NCBI GenBank assembly: GCA_024274915.1
Contig: JAJSAC010000073.1
Coordinates: forward strand, 878-64,877
Source of the DNA: Thermodesulfobacteriota bacterium
GTDB lineage: Bacteria; Thermosulfidibacterota; Thermosulfidibacteria; Thermosulfidibacterales; B14-G1
Reading direction: 5' to 3'
DNA: 64,000 nt
Shown here: one piece after another, positions 11,693 to 20,800 of the stretch
Position numbering within the stretch: position 1 is the stretch's first letter
How the letters are laid out: every line of letters begins with the position of its first letter
Made by a program: the position numbers and the translations under genes
Notes under the pieces: generated by a model
What the model saw: only the letters and a program-made list of their open reading frames with translations
What the model was told of the DNA's origin: nothing
Databases searched by the model: none

Positions 11693-12286
11693 ATGGAGGT
11701 TCGGGAACGGGAACGGTTCGTTTTAGATACCTCGGCCTTCACCAACCCCGAGACCTATGCCCTCTTGGGGGACAGCCCCAGGGAGGCTTTCATTCGGTTT
11801 CTAGCCTTCGCTCGTACTCGCCGGGGAGACATGGAGTTCTTCATGCCTCCCTCCGTCTACGAAGAACTGTTACGCTTCGTAGGACCCGATGACCTTCCCC
11901 CTGACGTGGAGCTCCTCATCCGCCTGCGACCGCCCCGGCGCTACGAGGTCCAGGTCCGGGGGGCCTTCCTCTACGAGCTCATTGAGGAGATCCGAAACCG
12001 CATAAACAAGGGGCTGCGGGTGGCAGAAACGGCAGTGAGGGAGGTGAAGGGAGTGAAGGACCCCGAGGCCACCATCACCCGCCTCCGAGAGCGTTACCGC
12101 ACGGCCCTGAGAGTGGGCATCATAGACTCCCGGGAGGACCTGGAGTTGGTTCTGCTAGCCCTGGAACTGGATGCTGCCCTCCTGTCCAGCGACACGGGTA
12201 TCTTCACCTGGGCCGAGAAACTGGGGGTGAGGCTGCTGCATCCCAAGGGCATCTTCACCCTGGCGGCATCAGTCAAAGTAGAATGA
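11693..12286 (+). CDS. PIN-domain 'RNA ligase partner' protein (MJ_0950 family)
   Basis: RFVLDTSAFTNPE (PIN acidic N-terminus), FFMPPSVYEEL and the C-terminal LLSSDTGI. ATG 11693 follows GGGAGGT. Its last 18 nt overlap the convergent RNA ligase gene. Confidence 0.75.
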   Translation: MEVRERERFVLDTSAFTNPETYALLGDSPREAFIRFLAFARTRRGDMEFFMPPSVYEELLRFVGPDDLPPDVELLIRLRPPRRYEVQVRGAFLYELIEEIRNRINKGLRVAETAVREVKGVKDPEATITRLRERYRTALRVGIIDSREDLELVLLALELDAALLSSDTGIFTWAEKLGVRLLHPKGIFTLAASVKVE

Positions 12287-13369
12287 CCCCCCCAAAGCCG
12301 AAGCCAGAAAGCCAGTGGACCTGAGGAATCGCTTCTCCAGGACCACCCGCCAGTAGTCCCCTTCCCGCTCCAGTCTCACCAGGGAGACCCTCACGTGACG
12401 GGAGGCCCTGTTGAGATGGCGCAGAAGGAGAGCCACCCGATCCCGGCTCCTCATGCGCAGGAAGAAGGTCCAGGTCACCTTCTTCCTGGCCCTGAATTCC
12501 TCCACGGCGCTGCCGAACCCCCTGAGGAAGGCCGCCCCCAGGCGTCTTCCCAGCTCTTCCCCTCCCTCCAAACCCAGCTCAGCCATGGAGAGGGCCAGGC
12601 GGATAACGCGCTGAATGAAAAACTCCCCGGGAAGCTCCGCCAAAAGATGGCTGGAGAACTCTATGTCGAAGATGTTGATGAAGGGGGTGACATATTTGAA
12701 CCGGCGCCGTCCTCCCTGGGGTTTGATGACCACCCCTTCCACCCCCTCCCTGTTGAGGGACCTCAACAGGGCCTTGAGACCGTCCAGACCCTCCGGCGTG
12801 GGGGAGAACTGGCCAAAGGAACGAACCTGGGGAATGGCGTACTTCTCTAAAATGGCGTAACGGGCCAGGGGCGAGAGGGGTCGCCACGATCCCACGGGGA
12901 AGAGATCGAAGGCCAGGAAGGCCACATCCTCCACTCCCGGGGGGTAAGCCTCGTTGTAAGGGTTCCCCGGACCCACCACCTCCCCGGCGATCACCATATG
13001 GGGATGATCCCGGAAGAAGGCCTCAAAATCTCCCAGATCGGGCAGCCGGTCCGTAGTGAAGGGACAGACGAAACCTCCCCGGGTGAGGGCCAGGATTCTA
13101 TCCTCCACCTTCACTACCCGGACGTTATAGCCGTCGGCCTTCTCCTCCACGTAGAAGGGGCCCTTGATGTGCCGGGGGATACCCCCTTCCAGGGAGAGGA
13201 TCCGGGCGATTTTGGGATAGCCAAAGACCAACATGTCTCCCAATACCACAGTGCCCCGGAGATAGCGGCGCAGATCATCGGAAAACCGGTGGTACTGGAG
13301 GCCCTCAAATTCCTCCTGGGCCAATACACCTTTCGCCCGGGCTAAATCCAAGAAGTCCTGGAGAAACAC
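12269..13369 (-). CDS. ATP-dependent RNA ligase, Rnl3 / Pab1020 family
   Basis: 366 aa. Nucleotidyltransferase motif I is VEEKADGYNVRV (KxDG), motif IV is IAGEVVG and motif V is EGVVIKP. Length and layout match the archaeal-type homodimeric RNA ligases. Confidence 0.8.
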   Translation of the reverse strand: MFLQDFLDLARAKGVLAQEEFEGLQYHRFSDDLRRYLRGTVVLGDMLVFGYPKIARILSLEGGIPRHIKGPFYVEEKADGYNVRVVKVEDRILALTRGGFVCPFTTDRLPDLGDFEAFFRDHPHMVIAGEVVGPGNPYNEAYPPGVEDVAFLAFDLFPVGSWRPLSPLARYAILEKYAIPQVRSFGQFSPTPEGLDGLKALLRSLNREGVEGVVIKPQGGRRRFKYVTPFINIFDIEFSSHLLAELPGEFFIQRVIRLALSMAELGLEGGEELGRRLGAAFLRGFGSAVEEFRARKKVTWTFFLRMRSRDRVALLLRHLNRASRHVRVSLVRLEREGDYWRVVLEKRFLRSTGFLASALGGSFYFD

Positions 13370-13473
13370 CCCCCTCTCCCCCCTTCAGCCCTCATCTTTT
13401 ACCCCAGCCCCACTACAATAGATAAGAACCCCCAGAGGGCGGGCAAGCCCCCGATAAAAGGGTTCTGACGGGA

Positions 13474-13504
13474 AAGAAAAAAGGGGCCCTTTAAAGCACC
13501 CCTT
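13474..13504 (-). terminator. intrinsic terminator of ssrA
   Basis: On the minus strand, just past the tmRNA 3' end, a GGGGT...GCCCC hairpin (plus-strand 13482-13503) is followed by TTTTTTCTTTC. Confidence 0.55.
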
Positions 13505-13524
13505 TCGCTTTCGAAAACAAAATC

Positions 13525-13880
13525 TGGTGGAGGCGGCGGGAGTCGAACCCGCGTCCGGAGACGGGGCAACGGAGGTATCTCCACGCTCAGCCCGTGATTT
13601 GCATGTCGTGATAGGCTCCCCCACGGGCAGGGTCTCCCACCACCAGCCTGGAAAGGTTCTCGCCCTCACCCCCTCCAGGCAGGGGAGTAAAGGCCAGCCC
13701 GCTAACTATGACGCCTCAGGCTCACCCAGCAGGCGGGGCAAGCCGAGACGTGGCCGTCAATTAAGCGGCCATTGCATAGGTAGGTTCGGCACTTGTCGAA
13801 CCCGCCTGTTTAACGAGGTGGCGGACCTCGGCGTGCTGCCTCCACCTCCCAAACGTCCCCGTCGAAACCGTATCGCCCCC
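13525..13880 (-). ncRNA. ssrA: transfer-messenger RNA (tmRNA)
   Basis: The minus strand starts GGGGGCGATACGGTTTCGACGGGGACG and ends GGGTTCGACTCCCGCCGCCTCCACCA, giving a tRNA-like acceptor/T-arm with encoded CCA. The internal tag frame is GCC GAA CCT ACC TAT GCA ATG GCC GCT TAA (AEPTYAMAA*). Length is 356 nt. Confidence 0.92.
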
Positions 13881-13902
13881 TTGTCAAAGATCGGTGAGGA
13901 TT

Positions 13903-13930
13903 AATTTAGCCTCGGACCAGTAGTTGTCAA
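13903..13930 (-). promoter_or_regulatory. candidate ssrA promoter (TTGACA-N16-TAAATT)
   Basis: The minus-strand TTGACA is at 13930-13925 and TAAATT at 13908-13903, about 22 nt upstream of the mature tmRNA 5' end. Confidence 0.4.
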
Positions 13931-13934
13931 TCCT

Positions 13935-14459
13935 TCACTTCCCCATGGCCTCAAACCAGAGGCACAGGGCCACCATAAGGGCCACCATAACCCCTACCAC
14001 CATCCAGTGGTTCACCCCCAGCAACTGGGGCACGGTAACTTTACCAAAGTAGAGCCAGGAGAGTAGGGTGCCTTCAAAAAGAGGATAGACCTCAGCATAA
14101 AGAGCAGCCCCCATGAGCATCCCCAGAACACCGAAGAAGGCATCCAGCCGTCCCTCTCCTACGGCCCCCACGGAGGTGCCCGGACAGTAGCCCACCAGGG
14201 CCCAACCCACGCCGAAGATCAACCCACCCATCAAGTTGGCCACCAGATGGGTGGGTTTAGGGTGAAACTGGACCCAGCCCAGATCGTACATGGCGTAGAG
14301 GAGGACCGTGGCCACGGCGATGGCCGAAAACATGAACTTGAAGATGGTGAAGTCCTCAAAGATGAGGGCCCCCAGTTGCTTATCGTAGCGCAAGACCTTG
14401 GCCTTCTGGAGGAGAAAGCCGAAAATTATCCCTGTAACGAACCCTGCCACCAGGAGCAT
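13935..14459 (-). CDS. YeeE/YedE-family sulfur-compound transporter half-protein
   Basis: 174-aa 4-TM protein with LVGYCPGTSVGA (conserved Cys loop), paired with the upstream paralogue. Confidence 0.75.
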   Translation of the reverse strand: MLLVAGFVTGIIFGFLLQKAKVLRYDKQLGALIFEDFTIFKFMFSAIAVATVLLYAMYDLGWVQFHPKPTHLVANLMGGLIFGVGWALVGYCPGTSVGAVGEGRLDAFFGVLGMLMGAALYAEVYPLFEGTLLSWLYFGKVTVPQLLGVNHWMVVGVMVALMVALCLWFEAMGK

Positions 14460-14463
14460 CTCA

Positions 14464-14994
14464 TCACCTCCTGGAGTAGAGCCTTCTGGCCACCAGGATA
14501 CCCCCCGCCACGAAACCCACCATGGCCACCATAGAGCTCACCGAGAGCTGGCTCACCCCGCTTATACCGTGACCACTGGGGCAGCCTCCCGCCAGACGGG
14601 CCCCAAAGAGGAGGACGCTTCCCCCTACAAAGGCCACCAGGACCCGCTTCAAAGGGGTGTGACCAAACCTCTCCTCCCAGAGGGGCGGAACCAGGGTAAA
14701 TAGAAAGTCCCCCGAGAGACGGGAGGAGATGAAGGCCCCCATCAAGATACCCAGAACCATCATCACCTGCCATTCCACCGCGGGTGCCTTCTTCATAAAA
14801 TAGGCATTCTGGACCACCTTCTGGGGCCAGAGGAGCTTCTCCAGCATACCCGCCACCCGGACAAAAGAGGTGGAGGCCCCCAGGAACTTCCCGGTCACCA
14901 ATACCGAGAGGGCCAGAAGGGCCCCCGCGAGGCCCCCTGCCACGTAAGGAGACCACTCCTCCCTGGTAAAAATTCCCTTGACATCCATGGACAC
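14464..14994 (-). CDS. YeeE/YedE-family sulfur-compound transporter half-protein
   Basis: 176-aa membrane protein with RLAGGCPSGHGISG (YeeE/YedE Cys motif). GTG start, 4 nt from the downstream partner. Confidence 0.75.
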   Translation of the reverse strand: MSMDVKGIFTREEWSPYVAGGLAGALLALSVLVTGKFLGASTSFVRVAGMLEKLLWPQKVVQNAYFMKKAPAVEWQVMMVLGILMGAFISSRLSGDFLFTLVPPLWEERFGHTPLKRVLVAFVGGSVLLFGARLAGGCPSGHGISGVSQLSVSSMVAMVGFVAGGILVARRLYSRR

Positions 14995-15024
14995 CCCCGC
15001 AAGATTTCTCTCGAACCCCTTGTT

Positions 15025-15252
15025 TCATAAAAACCCTTCTGGCTCTCTACTCCTGGGTGAGGGTCCGGGACTCCACCCTGCCCGGGCAGTCATGGTCTTC
15101 AACCCCTCTCCCACCTTATGGGGCAGGGCCCGGGTGGATACCATAATGAGAACCCTCTTCCCCAGAGACAATGCCATGACCAAACCGAAGGTTGCTTTGC
15201 CCTCCCCCGAAGATGCCGCCACAGCAAGGAGTTTTTCTGCCTCCAAACCCAT
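15025..15252 (-). pseudogene. possible DsrE-family remnant
   Basis: The first ~40 of 75 residues (KLLAVAASSGEGKATFGLVMALSLGKRVLIMVSTRAL) resemble the N-terminal beta-alpha-beta of DsrE/DsrF-like proteins. The tail (TARAGWSPGPSPRSREPEGFL) looks non-native. The RBS spacing is poor. Confidence 0.25.
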
Positions 15253-15332
15253 GATCTTTGAGATAGCACCTCCTGAGCCAATAGAAAAGGGCTTCTGGAC
15301 ATGACCCGAAAAAAGGGGGTATCTTTAAAGGC

Positions 15333-16040
15333 ATGGGACTGAAGGTGGGGTGTTGTGGTTTCCCTGTAGCTCTGGACCGCTATTTCAAGGAACTAACAGT
15401 GGTGGAGGTCCAGGTAAGCTTCTATCGCCAGATAGGGGAGCAACAGGCCCAAAACTGGCGTAGTAAGGCGCCCGAAGGATTCGAGTTCGTCCTCAAGGCC
15501 CCCCAGTGTGTCACCCATCCCCCTAAAAGTCCCACCTACCGCCGATCCCACCTTTCACCCCAGGAGCGTCTGGAGTGCGGCTTCTTCCGCCTCTCAGAGG
15601 TGGTGAAGGGGGAGATGGAGGTCTTCATAGCCCGGGCCAGGACCCTGAAAGCCGAGAAGTTCCTGTTCCAAACTCCTCCTTCCTTCAAGCCCACCCCCGA
15701 GAACCTGAAAGCCATGGAGGCCTTCTTCCGCCAATACCGTGGGGCGGGTATCTTCCTGTGGGAGCCACGAGGGGAGGAATGGACCCCGGAGATCATCCAA
15801 GAGATATGTGGAAACCTGGGCCTGGTTCACGCCACCGACCCCCTCTTGGAAGGCCCCCAGCTCTGGGGAGAGTTCACCTACTTCCGCCTCCACGGGAACC
15901 TGAAAACCTACCGCCACGACTACTCCCCAGAGGAACTGGAGATCATCCTGGAGCTGGCAGAGGAAGAGGGATACATCATGTTCAACAACAATAAAATGTG
16001 GAAAAACGCCTTGGAACTCAGAAATTTAATTGGGGAATAA
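15333..16040 (+). CDS. DUF72 (UPF0759/YecE-like) protein
   Basis: The N-terminus MGLKVGCCGFP...YFKELTVVEVQVSFYR and the C-terminal FRLHG...YRHDYS are typical of DUF72. Confidence 0.85.
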   Translation: MGLKVGCCGFPVALDRYFKELTVVEVQVSFYRQIGEQQAQNWRSKAPEGFEFVLKAPQCVTHPPKSPTYRRSHLSPQERLECGFFRLSEVVKGEMEVFIARARTLKAEKFLFQTPPSFKPTPENLKAMEAFFRQYRGAGIFLWEPRGEEWTPEIIQEICGNLGLVHATDPLLEGPQLWGEFTYFRLHGNLKTYRHDYSPEELEIILELAEEEGYIMFNNNKMWKNALELRNLIGE

Positions 16041-16066
16041 CACCTTTGTTCAATTCATTAGCCACA

Positions 16067-16212
16067 ATAGTGAAAGGGCGGGGCATTCCTCCCTTGCCCA
16101 TGGCTCATGGCTGATAGCAACCATGAACTACGAGCTATGAACTATGAGCTATCATCTCTGCGGTCGGAACGCCCCGCCCTGCCCCATAAGAGTAAAAATG
16201 GGGGAAGTCCTG
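16067..16212 (+). mobile_element. MITE-like repeat, copy 1 (left arm missing)
   Basis: It shares the nested palindrome (AGGGCGGGGCATTCC...GGAACGCCCCGCCCT), the heptamer tract (4 units, 16122-16149) and the right end GGGGGAAGTCCTG (16200-16212) with copies at 27935-28157 and 44685-44879. It lacks about 78 nt of left arm and the left TIR. Confidence 0.75.
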
Positions 16213-16566
16213 TTGCCAGGACCCCTTGCAATGGAGAAAGGCACACAGTATAAAACAAGATATTGGGGAGGCATGTACAATAAGAAAAGATCTCCCAACG
16301 GTATCTCAGTAACCAGAGAACGCCAATTGGCCACAGGTTTCCCCAAAGGGGCAAAGTCCACTCAGGTACCGAACCAGGCGGCAGACAGACCACCCTCTTT
16401 GTCCCTCTTGAAAAGAAGATAGTCACGGCAGGGGGGCCTCCAGACCTCCTACCACCCGAGAGGGTTCCCACTCTTTGCGGGAAGCTGCTTTGTTTCCCCC
16501 ACATTACGCCGGGCATCGGGAACAGGAACAAAGGCTACTAATTTGATCGAAAAAGGAGGAAAGGGA

Positions 16567-17841
16567 ATGTCCAAGGTTATCATCTACGTACTTTTGGCAC
16601 TGGCCATGCTGCTTACATGGGGGCCGGGAACCAGCCACTCCCAAGCCGCACCCAACGTGCTGTTCATTCTGGATGCGTCGGGAAGCATGGCCCAGAAGTT
16701 CGGGGACCGGACCAAAATGCAGGCGGCCAAGGATGTGTTCAGGTCCCTAGTGGCCGACCTGCCCAAAGATGCCAACGTGGGGCTCGAGGTCTACGGCCAC
16801 TACGGCGACAAGGACTGCTCCGCCATCGAGGTGGTCAATCCGGTAGCGCCGCTGGATGCATGGGCCATCAAGGCCAACGTAGACAAGCTGATCCCCCGCC
16901 AAGGAGCCACTCCCCTGGCCGCTTCTCTTGAAAAAGGAGGAGAAGCCTTTAGGTCCGTAAAGGGAGAGAAAACCATTGTGCTCATTTCCGACGGCAGGGA
17001 GACCTGCGGCGGTTCTCCAGCAGCTGTGGCGAAAAGGCTCCGGGCCCAGGGCGTCAATATCACCATCCATGTGGTGGGTCTTGGTGTCAACGATGAGGAG
17101 AAGGCCCAGCTCGCTTCCATCGCCAGCGCTGGCGGCGGCAGGTACTACGCCGCCAATAACGCCGAGGAACTCAAGGAGAGCCTATCGGAAATCCAGCAAA
17201 AAGTGGTAGAGAAAGCCCCCAAAGTCATCTTTAAAGAGGACTTCAACGACGAATTCCTGTCAGATGTTTGGGAAGTCAAAAACGACAATCCAGACGGTCG
17301 GGTGATCGACGATGGCAAGCTCCAGATAATCACCATGCCCGGTGGCCTGGAGAAAGAGAAGACCCAGAACCTGATCGCTTACGATAAAGAAATACCGGCG
17401 AAAAACTGGGACGCCATTGTGAAGGTCTCTATTCCCATCACGAGCTACGGCAGGAGAAACTCGCAGGGTGCTGGGCTAGCTTTGATCCAGGACAAGGACA
17501 ACTTCCTACTGCTGGTTGTCACCTCATCCTGGAGCGCCCACTGGGGCGGCGATTACATTTTGGCACGGTTTTGGAACAGAAGGAGTGGCCAATGGGTCCC
17601 CGAGCTCAACCATGGGATAAGTAAACCCAACACCAGGCCCGTCACCTACTACCTCAAGATCGAAAAGCGAGGGTTCAAATATACGGCCTACTACAGCCTC
17701 GATGAAAAAAAGTGGGCCAAGGTTGGTACCCACGCCGCACTGGGAAAACATTTCAAGCCCGCCCTATGGGCCGAACGGTGGGGAAGCTCCACAGAAACCA
17801 TCGCCGAGTTCGACTGGTTCACACTCATCGATAGGGACTGA
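16567..17841 (+). CDS. secreted von Willebrand factor A-domain protein with a C-terminal ConA-like (DUF1349/LamG-like) beta-sandwich
   Basis: Signal peptide MSKVIIYVLLALAMLLTWGPGTSHSQA and MIDAS motif LDASGSM...SDGRETCGG. The C-terminal half (FKEDFNDEFLSDVWEVKNDNPDG...FDWFTL) is jelly-roll-like. ATG 16567 follows AAAGGAGGA. Confidence 0.8.
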   Translation: MSKVIIYVLLALAMLLTWGPGTSHSQAAPNVLFILDASGSMAQKFGDRTKMQAAKDVFRSLVADLPKDANVGLEVYGHYGDKDCSAIEVVNPVAPLDAWAIKANVDKLIPRQGATPLAASLEKGGEAFRSVKGEKTIVLISDGRETCGGSPAAVAKRLRAQGVNITIHVVGLGVNDEEKAQLASIASAGGGRYYAANNAEELKESLSEIQQKVVEKAPKVIFKEDFNDEFLSDVWEVKNDNPDGRVIDDGKLQIITMPGGLEKEKTQNLIAYDKEIPAKNWDAIVKVSIPITSYGRRNSQGAGLALIQDKDNFLLLVVTSSWSAHWGGDYILARFWNRRSGQWVPELNHGISKPNTRPVTYYLKIEKRGFKYTAYYSLDEKKWAKVGTHAALGKHFKPALWAERWGSSTETIAEFDWFTLIDRD

Positions 17842-17870
17842 ATGCCTTCCCACGACCAAGGGAGCAGAAC

Positions 17871-20800
17871 ATGAGACTGCGGAGAAGCTTATCGGCGGGG
17901 AAGAGGGCTACGGGCCAGGTGATAGGATTGGCCGCCCTTCTGTGGCTCCTGGGATTCCTGGCCCACGCCTATACCACCTCCGCCTCTCCAGCGAGACCAT
18001 CTCCAGCAAACGTGTGGATGTCTACCATCGCCAAGCATGACAACTCCTTAAAGGAACTGAATGAGAAGCTATCAACGGAGGTCAACCGGATCCGAAAAGA
18101 ACTGAAAGCAAAACAGGCCGAAGCCCATCAGGATCCGAAGTGTACAGCCCTCGTCTGCAAGGATCTCAAAAAGGCCCTCCAGGCCATGCTGAGTGTCAAG
18201 GACCGCGCCGGCATGGCCTGGGTCATGGCCGATGTGGGAACAGGCCAGCTCCGCGAGTTCGTGGACAGTCAGCAAAGGGCCCTTCCGGCTATGGAGAAAG
18301 GCACTAGGCGGGTGGCCCTGGCAAACTTTTTACAGGGCGTCGCACAAGCCACTGCGGATGTGGCAGCTGCCATCGCTATCAGCGCAGCCACAGGCGAGCC
18401 CGCCAATCTTACGGAGTCGTTGAAGATCATTGGAAGCGAAATCGCCAACTTTACAACAAACAAAATAATCGATGCAGCAACAGGGTACCAAAGCGCCGTC
18501 GGCTCAGAAGGGACAAAGGCGGCAGCCTCTCTGGGCGGAGGGCCCATAGCAGAAGACATTGCAAACCACCTGGCCGTAACCCTTTCTGGCATGGGTACCC
18601 TCACAACCTTAAGGGTCGAGGAAAAGCTGGTCATGCGTGCCCAGTTCCTACCCAGCGCCGCCAAACTGAGCAAAGGGAAAACAGCCGCCGGCGGGTTTGT
18701 GACCACCATGGCCGTTCAGTCAGTCCTGCACGCCATCACCGCAAACGCGCGGGGGGAAGTGAAAAAAGACTTGAAACGTCTCCAGAAGCAAATCCAGAAG
18801 GCCATGATAGACCAGACAAGCTGGAGAGTCGCCATCCTCATACAGGAGAAGAACACAGAAGACATGAAGAAATACCACACCCAAATGGGAACACTGGTGA
18901 GTATGCTGGAAAATGTGAGGGCCTCCTGCGAGCTCCAGATTCAAAGGACCCAGTGCCTCCGCCACTTCAAGGACGCAGTAGAACAAGCCAAGGCAAGATA
19001 CCAAACCAAAATCGGCCCCCTCCTGGAACGCAGACGCTCAGCAAAAGACCGCCTGCGGCAGGCCCGGGAAAGATATCAGAAGGACCTGGCCACTGCTCAG
19101 GAAAGGCACCAAAAGCTGAGGCAGGCCCGGGACCAGTTGTCCAGGGCTGAAATCCTATGGAAGAACCGGGCCCTAATCGAAAACCTGGCAACCCGTGCAC
19201 GAGACCCAGGGGTACGCGAGAGATACCGGAAAGAACTGGCCGAACTCCGCGCTCTGGGTGAGCCAGGACCGTACAGAAGGAGGGTCGCCAGACTCGAGGG
19301 GAGCCTCTCAACCCTGTGGAAGGAAATCGACCAAGAACTAAAGCGCATTGAACTCTTGAGCCTTAAAAAGGCTCAAGAGATATCCAAAACCACCACCGCC
19401 GTAACCGCAGCCAACGAAGAGCTCTCACAAGCGATCTTAAGGGCGAGAAGCCAACTGGCCACCTGCTCTGCCCCAAGTCCCTCGGCTCTTAAGATGCGCC
19501 CGATACCTTCGCGGAGGAAAATAGCCAGAGGGTACAAGGGGGTGATCACCCCGGGAGATTATTACCCCCTCCTCATAGAGGCCGAGGAAAACCTCCTTGC
19601 CCTGCTCCGCAAGGTGCACATCCGCACCCGGACTCAGCCCAATTGCAAAGGGAGAAAGGTCTCCGGGAGGGTCCTTTCAACCAGGGGGTCTCCCATTACC
19701 GGAGCGGTGGTCAGCGTAGAAGTGAACGGGAGGAAGTTTGTGGGAAAATCCCGGGCAGACGGCGGTTACCAGCTCTCCTTTCCTCGGGAAGAGCCCCTTC
19801 CCGAGGAGTTGATGGCTACAGCCAACAAACCCGGATTCAATACAGCCACCAGGGTTGTGAGGAGAGAAGAAAACCAAAATGCTAACATATATTTGTCTCC
19901 CCTTTCCAAATACGTAATCCAAATAGACAGTACCCTGCACCATCTGGGTGATGGCAACTACAGCGGCTCCATAAACTCCCAGTTCCAAAGGAGGAGTTCC
20001 GAGGGACTAAGATACGAAAAAATCTTTGTCCTGGACCAAGACCGACTTCCCCAGAACACCCTCCCTGCAAAATTGGTTCTCACCGTAAAGGGCTCCCAGC
20101 AGGAAAACCCCGTGACCATTAACGATACCAAAATCGGGACCCTCGGTTTCTCCAAAGAAGACGGAAGCGCCAGTGCCACGGAGATCGATTTTGACTTGTG
20201 CATATTAAAACCGGGCAGAAACAAAATAGAGATCCACAGCAGCAGGAGAGGTGACGGAGACGCCGACGACTTCGAATTTGTCAACCTTCAGATTGTGATG
20301 ACCCCAGCCCAAGAGTTGGAGGCCGAGAACACCCGGCTTGCAACGCTCTCTTCTGTTATCATCACCGACCAGGATTTCCGGAAGCCCCTATCGAGCGTCG
20401 CTGAGGAGGGGCACTTCTGGATAAAGGCAAAAGGGCAGTCACGCTGCCCCAGCCTAAAGGCCATTGCAAAGGTGGCAGTGTATCCCAAAGGGGCCAACGA
20501 AGCGGACAAGGTACAGGTAACCCTGGTGGAAACAGGGCCCGACTCCTCCGAGTTCCACTCCCTAAAGGGAATCTCCGTAGCTGAACTATCGGCCAGCCCG
20601 GGCCAAACCATCATTGTACGCTCCGGACTGAGGGGTGCTTCCGTGAAGGTGACAGGGAGAGGAGGCGAGACGGGGAAAGAGGGCCTCCCAGCCGAAAAGG
20701 ACAAAAGGGGACCGACACAAGGCACCGACAAAAACCCTCGACAGGAACCTGTCAAGGAGGGGAAGTCTGTGCAGTGGACCACCTACAGGCTGGAGGTGCG

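Noticed and set aside
13370-13524. A genomic-island attachment-site duplicate of the ssrA 3' end that would define the Rnl3/PIN pair as an integrated island.
   Set aside because: No second copy of the tmRNA 3' terminal sequence (GAGTCGAACCCGC...) is seen between 11.5 and 13.5 kb, and there is no integrase. The spacer mainly contains the ssrA terminator.
16142-16531. ORFs overlapping MITE copies (16142..16531, 16144..16422, 27788..28039, 28087..28323, 28097..28333, 44825..45187), several sharing peptide strings such as ..SDRRDDSS.
   Set aside because: The shared peptides only reflect translation of the repeated DNA. The ORFs cross TIRs and palindromes, lack RBSs and differ in frame between copies.
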